Shown here one piece after another: positions 1 through 11,235 of a DNA stretch of 64,000 nucleotides. Source of the DNA: Azolla caroliniana (lineage: Eukaryota; Plantae; Polypodiophyta); the NCBI GenBank assembly GCA_043228905.1, contig JBHGNT010000011.1:15996001-16060000 (forward strand). Reading direction: 5' to 3'. Each line of letters opens with the position of its first letter. Positions within the stretch are counted from its first letter, which is position 1. Both the position numbers and the translations under genes were made by a program. The notes under the pieces are model-generated. The model was not told the DNA's origin and did not search any database. It was given only the letters and a program-made list of their open reading frames with translations.

Positions 1-185
1 CAAGACAACAATAAATGTCCAAGAAATCAAATTGACGCATGATGACGGTTGGCCGACAAAGACGACAACAGAACCGGATGAGGAGCGGTGCCAAAGCGGC
101 GATCAGACAACAGAATGGACAAAAGGAGAGACAGTTGGACAATGTATAAAATGAGTGGAGATGCACGGTACCAAAATAACACAAT

Positions 186-258
186 TGGAGATGCGGGGTA
201 TCGATCCCCGTACCTCTCGCATGCTAAGCGAGCGCTCTACCATCTGAGCCACATCCCC
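186..258 (-). tRNA. trnA-AGC: tRNA-Ala(AGC), unit 1 (A9G variant)
   Basis: Reverse complement GGGGATGTGGCTCAGATGGTAGAGCGCTCGCTTAGCATGCGAGAGGTACGGGGATCGATACCCCGCATCTCCA; G3:U70 Ala identity pair; T4 terminator ~10 nt downstream (173-176). Confidence 0.93.
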
Positions 259-462
259 TCTGAAACTTGAAACTCGAAACTTCCAACTTCCAAATACTAT
301 CCACCCTCCCATTTGGGTACAATGCCTTTCTCTAAAATCTAACAAAATACAAAAGTGTCATCACATCTATTTGACTTCAAGTACGTAGTCGCGATACTCC
401 TCTTTAATGATGGTGACTTTATCCTAAGAGAGTGGAGACGCATGGTATTCGCATAAAAGAAT

Positions 463-498
463 CGGAGATTCGGGGCTTCGATCCCCTATACCTCTCAC
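463..498 (-). pseudogene. Degenerate tRNA-Ala 3' half (repeated in every unit at +1105n)
   Basis: cggagattcggggcttcgatcccctatacctctcac aligns to tggagatgcggggtatcgatccccgtacctctcgc. Confidence 0.8.
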
Positions 499-579
499 CT
501 AGGGAGAGTCGTAAAGTCATAAACGGACTAATGTATTGTGATGTTACATGTTAGACATGCAAGGTAGTGGTTACGAAAC

Positions 580-652
580 CGGAGTTGCGGGGTGTCGATA
601 CCCGTTCCTCTCGAGTGCAAAGCGAGGGATCTACAGTTTCAGTTACAACACG
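580..652 (-). pseudogene. Full-length degenerate tRNA-Ala(TGC) (repeated in every unit)
   Basis: Ungapped 73-nt alignment to tRNA-Ala(TGC) with many substitutions; acceptor stem no longer pairs. Confidence 0.88.
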
Positions 653-654
653 AT

Positions 655-796
655 TGGAGACGTGTGGTGTAAATCCCCATACCAACTCATTTATTGCTTG
701 CAAATACCTTCAGGCTCTCGAATCGTGCTGTCATAAACAAATATGTGGATAGTCTCTCATGCAAAGCGAGGGCTCTACCATTTGAGCGACAACACA
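655..796 (-). pseudogene. Degenerate tRNA-Ala(TGC) split by a 69-bp insert (684-752) at the anticodon-stem/variable-loop junction (repeated in every unit)
   Basis: 655-683 matches tRNA nt 73-45 and 753-796 matches nt 44-1; the intervening 69 bp is not clearly tRNA-like. Confidence 0.82.
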
Positions 797-798
797 AT

Positions 799-913
799 CG
801 GAGATGATGTGTGGTGTAAATCCCCATACCAATTCATTTACTGCCTGCAATACCTTCAAGCTCTCCAATCGTGTTGTCATAAACAAATATGTCGATGGTT
901 CTTACATCCTCTT
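799..913 (-). pseudogene. Second degenerate tRNA-Ala 3' part followed by a diverged copy of the insert (831-898); 5' half mostly deleted (repeated in every unit)
   Basis: 799-830 resembles 655-683; 831-898 resembles 684-752; residual TACATCC at ~903-909. Confidence 0.72.
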
Positions 914-1010
914 TAATCTGGTTCTATAAAGCATGTCTCATGATAAGGATAATGACGTAAATCCATAGATGCGAGGTGATTGGAGATGCACGGTGTGAAG
1001 ATAAGGAAAT

Positions 1011-1083
1011 TGGAGATGTGGGGTATCGATCCCCATGCCTCTCGCATGCAAAGCGAGCGCTCTACCATTTGAGCTACATCCCC
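1011..1083 (-). tRNA. trnA-TGC: tRNA-Ala(TGC), unit 1
   Basis: Reverse complement GGGGATGTAGCTCAAATGGTAGAGCGCTCGCTTTGCATGCGAGAGGCATGGGGATCGATACCCCACATCTCCA; full cloverleaf, G3:U70. Confidence 0.93.
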
Positions 1084-1290
1084 GTTAGGCTAAAGCATCA
1101 TTACATGATAAAGAGGTAGAGAGCGTAATCTCATGTGCTGCTTTTATGATCTCGAGAAATACCGAGATACGTAGTGGTTGCAATGCATACCGCAAAGCAA
1201 AGCGAGCGAAAAAATGCTTGAGCATACTTTATTCCATCGTTCGACAATGTGTAAAATGAGTGGAGATGCACGGTACCAAAATAACACAAT

Positions 1291-1363
1291 TGGAGATGCG
1301 GGGTATCGATCCCCGTACCTCTCGCATGCTAAGCGAGCGCTCTACCATATGAGCCACATCCCC
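1291..1363 (-). tRNA. trnA-AGC: tRNA-Ala(AGC), unit 2 (A9G, G15T variant)
   Basis: 73-nt cloverleaf, AGC anticodon, 5' end GGGGATGTGGCTCATATGG. Confidence 0.88.
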
Positions 1364-2115
1364 TCTGAAACTTGAAACTCGAAACTTCCAACTTCCAAAT
1401 ACTATCCACCCTCCCATTTGGGTACAACGCCTTTCTCTAAAATCTAACAAAATACAAAAGTGTCATCACATCTATTTGACTTCAAGTACGTAGTCGCGAT
1501 ACTCCTCTTTAATGATGGTGACTTTATCCTAAGAGAGTGGAGACGCATGGTCTTCGCATAAAAGAATCGGAGATTCGGGGCTTCGATCCCCTATACCTCT
1601 CACCTAGGGAGAGTCGTAAAGTCATAAACGGACTAATGTATTGTGATGTTACATGTTAGACATGCAAGGTAGTGGTTACGAAACCGGAGTTGCGGGGTGT
1701 CGATACCCGTTCCTCTCGAGTGCAAAGCGAGGGATCTACAGTTTCAGTTACAACACGATTGGAGACGTGTGGTGTAAATCCCCATACCAACTCATTTATT
1801 GCTTGCAAATACCTTCAGGCTCTCGAATCGTGCTGTCATAAACAAATATGTGGATAGTCTCTCATGCAAAGCGAGGGCTCTACCATTTGAGCGACAACAC
1901 AATCGGAGATGATGTGTGGTGTAAATCCCCATACCAATTCATTTACTGCCTGCAATACCTTCAAGCTCTCCAATCGTGTTGTCATAAACAAATATGTCGA
2001 TGGTTCTTACATCCTCTTTAATCTGGTTCTATAAAGCATGTCTCATGATAAGGATAATGACGTAAATCCATAGATGCGAGGTGATTGGAGATGCACGGTG
2101 TGAAGATAAGGAAAT

Positions 2116-2188
2116 TGGAGATGTGGGGTATCGATCCCCATGCCTCTCGCATGCAAAGCGAGCGCTCTACCATTTGAGCTACATCCCC
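2116..2188 (-). tRNA. trnA-TGC: tRNA-Ala(TGC), unit 2
   Basis: Identical to 1011-1083. Confidence 0.93.
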
Positions 2189-2395
2189 GTTAGGCTAAAG
2201 CATCATTACATGATAAAGAGGTAGAGAGCGTAATCTCATGTGCTGCTTTTATGATCTCGAGAAATACCGAGATACGTAGTGGTTGCAATGCATACCGCAA
2301 AGCAAAGCGAGCGAAAAAATGCTTGAGCATACTTTATTCCATCGTTCGACAATGTGTAAAATGAGTGGAGATGCACGGTACCAAAATAACACAAT

Positions 2396-2468
2396 TGGAG
2401 ATGCGGGGTATCGATCCCCGTACCTCTCGCATGCTAAGCGAGCGCTCTACCATATGAGCCACATCCCC
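2396..2468 (-). tRNA. trnA-AGC: tRNA-Ala(AGC), unit 3 (A9G, G15T variant)
   Basis: Identical to 1291-1363. Confidence 0.88.
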
Positions 2469-3220
2469 TCTGAAACTTGAAACTCGAAACTTCCAACTTC
2501 CAAATACTATCCACCCTCCCATTTGGGTACAACGCCTTTCTCTAAAATCTAACAAAATACAAAAGTGTCATCACATCTATTTGACTTCAAGTACGTAGTC
2601 GCGATACTCCTCTTTAATGATGGTGACTTTATCCTAAGAGAGTGGAGACGCATGGTCTTCGCATAAAAGAATCGGAGATTCGGGGCTTCGATCCCCTATA
2701 CCTCTCACCTAGGGAGAGTCGTAAAGTCATAAACGGACTAATGTATTGTGATGTTACATGTTAGACATGCAAGGTAGTGGTTACGAAACCGGAGTTGCGG
2801 GGTGTCGATACCCGTTCCTCTCGAGTGCAAAGCGAGGGATCTACAGTTTCAGTTACAACACGATTGGAGACGTGTGGTGTAAATCCCCATACCAACTCAT
2901 TTATTGCTTGCAAATACCTTCAGGCTCTCGAATCGTGCTGTCATAAACAAATATGTGGATAGTCTCTCATGCAAAGCGAGGGCTCTACCATTTGAGCGAC
3001 AACACAATCGGAGATGATGTGTGGTGTAAATCCCCATACCAATTCATTTACTGCCTGCAATACCTTCAAGCTCTCCAATCGTGTTGTCATAAACAAATAT
3101 GTCGATGGTTCTTACATCCTCTTTAATCTGGTTCTATAAAGCATGTCTCATGATAAGGATAATGACGTAAATCCATAGATGCGAGGTGATTGGAGATGCA
3201 CGGTGTGAAGATAAGGAAAT

Positions 3221-3293
3221 TGGAGATGTGGGGTATCGATCCCCATGCCTCTCGCATGCAAAGCGAGCGCTCTACCATTTGAGCTACATCCCC
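3221..3293 (-). tRNA. trnA-TGC: tRNA-Ala(TGC), unit 3
   Basis: Identical to 1011-1083. Confidence 0.93.
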
Positions 3294-3500
3294 GTTAGGC
3301 TAAAGCATCGTTACATGATAAAGAGGTAGAGAGCGTAATCTCATGTGCTGCTTTTATGATCTCGAGAAATACCGAGATACGTAGTGGTTGCAATGCATAC
3401 CGCAAAGCAAAGCGAGCGAAAAAATGCTTGAGCATACTTTATTCCATCGTTCGACAATGTGTAAAATGAGTGGAGATGCACGGTACCAAAATAACACAAT

Positions 3501-3573
3501 TGGAGATGCGGGGTATCGATCCCCGTACCTCTCGCATGCTAAGCGAGCGCTCTACCATATGAGCCACATCCCC
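3501..3573 (-). tRNA. trnA-AGC: tRNA-Ala(AGC), unit 4 (A9G, G15T variant)
   Basis: Identical to 1291-1363. Confidence 0.88.
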
Positions 3574-4325
3574 TCTGAAACTTGAAACTCGAAACTTCCA
3601 ACTTCCAAATACTATCCACCCTCCCATTTGGGTACAACGCCTTTCTCTAAAATCTAACAAAATACAAAAGTGTCATCACATCTATTTGACTTCAAGTACG
3701 TAGTCGCGATACTCCTCTTTAATGATGGTGACTTTATCCTAAGAGAGTGGAGACGCATGGTCTTCGCATAAAAGAATCGGAGATTCGGGGCTTCGATCCC
3801 CTATACCTCTCACCTAGGGAGAGTCGTAAAGTCATAAACGGACTAATGTATTGTGATGTTACATGTTAGACATGCAAGGTAGTGGTTACGAAACCGGAGT
3901 TGCGGGGTGTCGATACCCGTTCCTCTCGAGTGCAAAGCGAGGGATCTACAGTTTCAGTTACAACACGATTGGAGACGTGTGGTGTAAATCCCCATACCAA
4001 CTCATTTATTGCTTGCAAATACCTTCAGGCTCTCGAATCGTGCTGTCATAAACAAATATGTGGATAGTCTCTCATGCAAAGCGAGGGCTCTACCATTTGA
4101 GCGACAACACAATCGGAGATGATGTGTGGTGTAAATCCCCATACCAATTCATTTACTGCCTGCAATACCTTCAAGCTCTCCAATCGTGTTGTCATAAACA
4201 AATATGTCGATGGTTCTTACATCCTCTTTAATCTGGTTCTATAAAGCATGTCTCATGATAAGGATAATGACGTAAATCCATAGATGCGAGGTGATTGGAG
4301 ATGCACGGTGTGAAGATAAGGAAAT

Positions 4326-4398
4326 TGGAGATGTGGGGTATCGATCCCCATGCCTCTCGCATGCAAAGCGAGCGCTCTACCATTTGAGCTACATCCCC
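4326..4398 (-). tRNA. trnA-TGC: tRNA-Ala(TGC), unit 4
   Basis: Identical to 1011-1083. Confidence 0.93.
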
Positions 4399-4605
4399 GT
4401 TAGGCTAAAGCATCGTTACATGATAAAGAGGTAGAGAGCGTAATCTCATGTGCTGCTTTTATGATCTCGAGAAATACCGAGATACGTAGTGGTTGCAATG
4501 CATACCGCAAAGCAAAGCGAGCGAAAAAATGCTTGAGCATACTTTATTCCATCGTTCGACAATGTGTAAAATGAGTGGAGATGCACGGTACCAAAATAAC
4601 ACAAT

Positions 4606-4678
4606 TGGAGATGCGGGGTATCGATCCCCGTACCTCTCGCATGCTAAGCGAGCGCTCTACCATATGAGCCACATCCCC
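4606..4678 (-). tRNA. trnA-AGC: tRNA-Ala(AGC), unit 5 (A9G, G15T variant)
   Basis: Identical to 1291-1363. Confidence 0.88.
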
Positions 4679-5430
4679 TCTGAAACTTGAAACTCGAAAC
4701 TTCCAACTTCCAAATACTATCCACCCTCCCATTTGGGTACAACGCCTTTCTCTAAAATCTAACAAAATACAAAAGTGTCATCACATCTATTTGACTTCAA
4801 GTACGTAGTCGCGATACTCCTCTTTAATGATGGTGACTTTATCCTAAGAGAGTGGAGACGCATGGTCTTCGCATAAAAGAATCGGAGATTCGGGGCTTCG
4901 ATCCCCTATACCTCTCACCTAGGGAGAGTCGTAAAGTCATAAACGGACTAATGTATTGTGATGTTACATGTTAGACATGCAAGGTAGTGGTTACGAAACC
5001 GGAGTTGCGGGGTGTCGATACCCGTTCCTCTCGAGTGCAAAGCGAGGGATCTACAGTTTCAGTTACAACACGATTGGAGACGTGTGGTGTAAATCCCCAT
5101 ACCAACTCATTTATTGCTTGCAAATACCTTCAGGCTCTCGAATCGTGCTGTCATAAACAAATATGTGGATAGTCTCTCATGCAAAGCGAGGGCTCTACCA
5201 TTTGAGCGACAACACAATCGGAGATGATGTGTGGTGTAAATCCCCATACCAATTCATTTACTGCCTGCAATACCTTCAAGCTCTCCAATCGTGTTGTCAT
5301 AAACAAATATGTCGATGGTTCTTACATCCTCTTTAATCTGGTTCTATAAAGCATGTCTCATGATAAGGATAATGACGTAAATCCATAGATGCGAGGTGAT
5401 TGGAGATGCACGGTGTGAAGATAAGGAAAT

Positions 5431-5503
5431 TGGAGATGTGGGGTATCGATCCCCATGCCTCTCGCATGCAAAGCGAGCGCTCTACCATTTGAGCTACATC
5501 CCC
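5431..5503 (-). tRNA. trnA-TGC: tRNA-Ala(TGC), unit 5
   Basis: Identical to 1011-1083. Confidence 0.93.
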
Positions 5504-5710
5504 GTTAGGCTAAAGCATCGTTACATGATAAAGAGGTAGAGAGCGTAATCTCATGTGCTGCTTTTATGATCTCGAGAAATACCGAGATACGTAGTGGTTG
5601 CAATGCATACCGCAAAGCAAAGCGAGCGAAAAAATGCTTGAGCATACTTTATTCCATCGTTCGACAATGTGTAAAATGAGTGGAGATGCACGGTACCAAA
5701 ATAACACAAT

Positions 5711-5783
5711 TGGAGATGCGGGGTATCGATCCCCGTACCTCTCGCATGCTAAGCGAGCGCTCTACCATATGAGCCACATCCCC
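5711..5783 (-). tRNA. trnA-AGC: tRNA-Ala(AGC), unit 6 (A9G, G15T variant)
   Basis: Identical to 1291-1363. Confidence 0.88.
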
Positions 5784-6535
5784 TCTGAAACTTGAAACTC
5801 GAAACTTCCAACTTCCAAATACTATCCACCCTCCCATTTGGGTACAACGCCTTTCTCTAAAATCTAACAAAATACAAAAGTGTCATCACATCTATTTGAC
5901 TTCAAGTACGTAGTCGCGATACTCCTCTTTAATGATGGTGACTTTATCCTAAGAGAGTGGAGACGCATGGTCTTCGCATAAAAGAATCGGAGATTCGGGG
6001 CTTCGATCCCCTATACCTCTCACCTAGGGAGAGTCGTAAAGTCATAAACGGACTAATGTATTGTGATGTTACATGTTAGACATGCAAGGTAGTGGTTACG
6101 AAACCGGAGTTGCGGGGTGTCGATACCCGTTCCTCTCGAGTGCAAAGCGAGGGATCTACAGTTTCAGTTACAACACGATTGGAGACGTGTGGTGTAAATC
6201 CCCATACCAACTCATTTATTGCTTGCAAATACCTTCAGGCTCTCGAATCGTGCTGTCATAAACAAATATGTGGATAGTCTCTCATGCAAAGCGAGGGCTC
6301 TACCATTTGAGCGACAACACAATCGGAGATGATGTGTGGTGTAAATCCCCATACCAATTCATTTACTGCCTGCAATACCTTCAAGCTCTCCAATCGTGTT
6401 GTCATAAACAAATATGTCGATGGTTCTTACATCCTCTTTAATCTGGTTCTATAAAGCATGTCTCATGATAAGGATAATGACGTAAATCCATAGATGCGAG
6501 GTGATTGGAGATGCACGGTGTGAAGATAAGGAAAT

Positions 6536-6608
6536 TGGAGATGTGGGGTATCGATCCCCATGCCTCTCGCATGCAAAGCGAGCGCTCTACCATTTGAGCT
6601 ACATCCCC
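6536..6608 (-). tRNA. trnA-TGC: tRNA-Ala(TGC), unit 6
   Basis: Identical to 1011-1083. Confidence 0.93.
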
Positions 6609-6815
6609 GTTAGGCTAAAGCATCGTTACATGATAAAGAGGTAGAGAGCGTAATCTCATGTGCTGCTTTTATGATCTCGAGAAATACCGAGATACGTAGT
6701 GGTTGCAATGCATACCGCAAAGCAAAGCGAGCGAAAAAATGCTTGAGCATACTTTATTCCATCGTTCGACAATGTGTAAAATGAGTGGAGATGCACGGTA
6801 CCAAAATAACACAAT

Positions 6816-6888
6816 TGGAGATGCGGGGTATCGATCCCCGTACCTCTCGCATGCTAAGCGAGCGCTCTACCATATGAGCCACATCCCC
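6816..6888 (-). tRNA. trnA-AGC: tRNA-Ala(AGC), unit 7 (A9G, G15T variant)
   Basis: Identical to 1291-1363. Confidence 0.88.
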
Positions 6889-7640
6889 TCTGAAACTTGA
6901 AACTCGAAACTTCCAACTTCCAAATACTATCCACCCTCCCATTTGGGTACAACGCCTTTCTCTAAAATCTAACAAAATACAAAAGTGTCATCACATCTAT
7001 TTGACTTCAAGTACGTAGTCGCGATACTCCTCTTTAATGATGGTGACTTTATCCTAAGAGAGTGGAGACGCATGGTCTTCGCATAAAAGAATCGGAGATT
7101 CGGGGCTTCGATCCCCTATACCTCTCACCTAGGGAGAGTCGTAAAGTCATAAACGGACTAATGTATTGTGATGTTACATGTTAGACATGCAAGGTAGTGG
7201 TTACGAAACCGGAGTTGCGGGGTGTCGATACCCGTTCCTCTCGAGTGCAAAGCGAGGGATCTACAGTTTCAGTTACAACACGATTGGAGACGTGTGGTGT
7301 AAATCCCCATACCAACTCATTTATTGCTTGCAAATACCTTCAGGCTCTCGAATCGTGCTGTCATAAACAAATATGTGGATAGTCTCTCATGCAAAGCGAG
7401 GGCTCTACCATTTGAGCGACAACACAATCGGAGATGATGTGTGGTGTAAATCCCCATACCAATTCATTTACTGCCTGCAATACCTTCAAGCTCTCCAATC
7501 GTGTTGTCATAAACAAATATGTCGATGGTTCTTACATCCTCTTTAATCTGGTTCTATAAAGCATGTCTCATGATAAGGATAATGACGTAAATCCATAGAT
7601 GCGAGGTGATTGGAGATGCACGGTGTGAAGATAAGGAAAT

Positions 7641-7713
7641 TGGAGATGTGGGGTATCGATCCCCATGCCTCTCGCATGCAAAGCGAGCGCTCTACCATTT
7701 GAGCTACATCCCC
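7641..7713 (-). tRNA. trnA-TGC: tRNA-Ala(TGC), unit 7
   Basis: Identical to 1011-1083. Confidence 0.93.
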
Positions 7714-7920
7714 GTTAGGCTAAAGCATCGTTACATGATAAAGAGGTAGAGAGCGTAATCTCATGTGCTGCTTTTATGATCTCGAGAAATACCGAGATAC
7801 GTAGTGGTTGCAATGCATACCGCAAAGCAAAGCGAGCGAAAAAATGCTTGAGCATACTTTATTCCATCGTTCGACAATGTGTAAAATGAGTGGAGATGCA
7901 CGGTACCAAAATAACACAAT

Positions 7921-7993
7921 TGGAGATGCGGGGTATCGATCCCCGTACCTCTCGCATGCTAAGCGAGCGCTCTACCATATGAGCCACATCCCC
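7921..7993 (-). tRNA. trnA-AGC: tRNA-Ala(AGC), unit 8 (A9G, G15T variant)
   Basis: Identical to 1291-1363. Confidence 0.88.
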
Positions 7994-8745
7994 TCTGAAA
8001 CTTGAAACTCGAAACTTCCAACTTCCAAATACTATCCACCCTCCCATTTGGGTACAACGCCTTTCTCTAAAATCTAACAAAATACAAAAGTGTCATCACA
8101 TCTATTTGACTTCAAGTACGTAGTCGCGATACTCCTCTTTAATGATGGTGACTTTATCCTAAGAGAGTGGAGACGCATGGTCTTCGCATAAAAGAATCGG
8201 AGATTCGGGGCTTCGATCCCCTATACCTCTCACCTAGGGAGAGTCGTAAAGTCATAAACGGACTAATGTATTGTGATGTTACATGTTAGACATGCAAGGT
8301 AGTGGTTACGAAACCGGAGTTGCGGGGTGTCGATACCCGTTCCTCTCGAGTGCAAAGCGAGGGATCTACAGTTTCAGTTACAACACGATTGGAGACGTGT
8401 GGTGTAAATCCCCATACCAACTCATTTATTGCTTGCAAATACCTTCAGGCTCTCGAATCGTGCTGTCATAAACAAATATGTGGATAGTCTCTCATGCAAA
8501 GCGAGGGCTCTACCATTTGAGCGACAACACAATCGGAGATGATGTGTGGTGTAAATCCCCATACCAATTCATTTACTGCCTGCAATACCTTCAAGCTCTC
8601 CAATCGTGTTGTCATAAACAAATATGTCGATGGTTCTTACATCCTCTTTAATCTGGTTCTATAAAGCATGTCTCATGATAAGGATAATGACGTAAATCCA
8701 TAGATGCGAGGTGATTGGAGATGCACGGTGTGAAGATAAGGAAAT

Positions 8746-8818
8746 TGGAGATGTGGGGTATCGATCCCCATGCCTCTCGCATGCAAAGCGAGCGCTCTAC
8801 CATTTGAGCTACATCCCC
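8746..8818 (-). tRNA. trnA-TGC: tRNA-Ala(TGC), unit 8
   Basis: Identical to 1011-1083. Confidence 0.93.
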
Positions 8819-9025
8819 GTTAGGCTAAAGCATCGTTACATGATAAAGAGGTAGAGAGCGTAATCTCATGTGCTGCTTTTATGATCTCGAGAAATACCGA
8901 GATACGTAGTGGTTGCAATGCATACCGCAAAGCAAAGCGAGCGAAAAAATGCTTGAGCATACTTTATTCCATCGTTCGACAATGTGTAAAATGAGTGGAG
9001 ATGCACGGTACCAAAATAACACAAT

Positions 9026-9098
9026 TGGAGATGCGGGGTATCGATCCCCGTACCTCTCGCATGCTAAGCGAGCGCTCTACCATATGAGCCACATCCCC
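9026..9098 (-). tRNA. trnA-AGC: tRNA-Ala(AGC), unit 9 (A9G, G15T variant)
   Basis: Identical to 1291-1363. Confidence 0.88.
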
Positions 9099-9850
9099 TC
9101 TGAAACTTGAAACTCGAAACTTCCAACTTCCAAATACTATCCACCCTCCCATTTGGGTACAACGCCTTTCTCTAAAATCTAACAAAATACAAAAGTGTCA
9201 TCACATCTATTTGACTTCAAGTACGTAGTCGCGATACTCCTCTTTAATGATGGTGACTTTATCCTAAGAGAGTGGAGACGCATGGTCTTCGCATAAAAGA
9301 ATCGGAGATTCGGGGCTTCGATCCCCTATACCTCTCACCTAGGGAGAGTCGTAAAGTCATAAACGGACTAATGTATTGTGATGTTACATGTTAGACATGC
9401 AAGGTAGTGGTTACGAAACCGGAGTTGCGGGGTGTCGATACCCGTTCCTCTCGAGTGCAAAGCGAGGGATCTACAGTTTCAGTTACAACACGATTGGAGA
9501 CGTGTGGTGTAAATCCCCATACCAACTCATTTATTGCTTGCAAATACCTTCAGGCTCTCGAATCGTGCTGTCATAAACAAATATGTGGATAGTCTCTCAT
9601 GCAAAGCGAGGGCTCTACCATTTGAGCGACAACACAATCGGAGATGATGTGTGGTGTAAATCCCCATACCAATTCATTTACTGCCTGCAATACCTTCAAG
9701 CTCTCCAATCGTGTTGTCATAAACAAATATGTCGATGGTTCTTACATCCTCTTTAATCTGGTTCTATAAAGCATGTCTCATGATAAGGATAATGACGTAA
9801 ATCCATAGATGCGAGGTGATTGGAGATGCACGGTGTGAAGATAAGGAAAT

Positions 9851-9923
9851 TGGAGATGTGGGGTATCGATCCCCATGCCTCTCGCATGCAAAGCGAGCGC
9901 TCTACCATTTGAGCTACATCCCC
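9851..9923 (-). tRNA. trnA-TGC: tRNA-Ala(TGC), unit 9
   Basis: Identical to 1011-1083. Confidence 0.93.
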
Positions 9924-10130
9924 GTTAGGCTAAAGCATCGTTACATGATCAAGAGGTAGAGAGCGTAATCTCATGTGCTGCTTTTATGATCTCGAGAAAT
10001 ACCGAGATACGTAGTGGTTGCAATGCATACCGCAAAGCAAAATGTGTGAAAAAATGCTTGAGCATACTTTATTCCATCGTTCCACAATGTGTAAAATGAG
10101 TGGAGATGCACGGTACCAAAATAACACAAT

Positions 10131-10203
10131 TGGAGATGCGGGGTATCGATCCCCGTACCTCTCGCATGCTAAGCGAGCGCTCTACCATCTGAGCTACATC
10201 CCC
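10131..10203 (-). tRNA. trnA-AGC: tRNA-Ala(AGC), unit 10 (canonical plant sequence)
   Basis: GGGGATGTAGCTCAGATGGTAGAGCGCTCGCTTAGCATGCGAGAGGTACGGGGATCGATACCCCGCATCTCCA. Confidence 0.96.
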
Positions 10204-10955
10204 TCTGAAACTTGAATCTCGAAACTTCCAACTTCCAAATACTATCCATCCTCCCATTTGGGTACAATTCCTTTCTCTAAAATCTAACAAAATACAAAAG
10301 TGTCATCACATCTATTTGACTTCAAGTACGTAGTCGCGATACTCCTCTTTAATGATGGTGACTTTATCCTAAGAGAGTGGGGACGCATGGTATTCGCATA
10401 AAAGAATCGGAGATTCGGGGCTTCGATCCCCTATACCTCTCACGCAGGGAGAGTCGTAAAGTCATAAACGGACTAATGTATTGTGATGTTACATGTTAGA
10501 CATGCAAGGTAGTGGTTACGAAACCGGAGTTGCGGGGTGTCGATACCCGTTCCTCTCGAGTGCAAAGCGAGGGATCTACAGTATCAGTTACAACACGATT
10601 GGAGACGTGTGGTGTAAATCCCCATACCAACTCCTTTATTGCTTGCAAATACCTTCAGGCTCTCGAATCGTGCTGTCATAAACAAATATGTGGATAGTCT
10701 CTCATGCAAAGCGAGGGCTCTACCATTTGAGCGACAACACAATCGGAGATGATGTGTGGTGTAAATCCCCGAACCAATTCATTTACTGCTTGCAATACCT
10801 TCAAGCTCTCCAATCGTGTTCTCATAAACAAATATGTCGATGGTTCTTACATCCTCTTTAATCTGGTTCTATAAAGCATGTCTCATGATAAGGATAATGA
10901 CGTAAATCCATAGATGCGAGGTGATTGGAGATGCACGGTGTGAAGATAAGGAAAT

Positions 10956-11028
10956 TGGAGATGTGGGGTATCGATCCCCATGCCTCTCGCATGCAAAGCG
11001 AGCGCTCTACCATTTGAGCTACATCCCC
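10956..11028 (-). tRNA. trnA-TGC: tRNA-Ala(TGC), unit 10
   Basis: Identical to 1011-1083. Confidence 0.93.
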
Positions 11029-11235
11029 GTTAGGCTAAAGCATCGTTACATGATCAAGAGGTAGAGAGCGTAATCTCATGTGCTGCTTTTATGATCTCGA
11101 GAAATACCGAGATACGTAGTGGTTGCAATGCATACCGCAAAGCAAAATGTGTGAAAAAATGCTTGAGCATACTTTATTCCATCGTTCCACAATGTGTAAA
11201 ATGAGTGGAGATGCACGGTACCAAAATAACACAAT

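Noticed and set aside
684-752. Insert as a C/D box snoRNA (ATGA...CTGA on the minus strand)
   Set aside because: No proper RUGAUGA C box, terminal D box or terminal stem could be seen; left unassigned.
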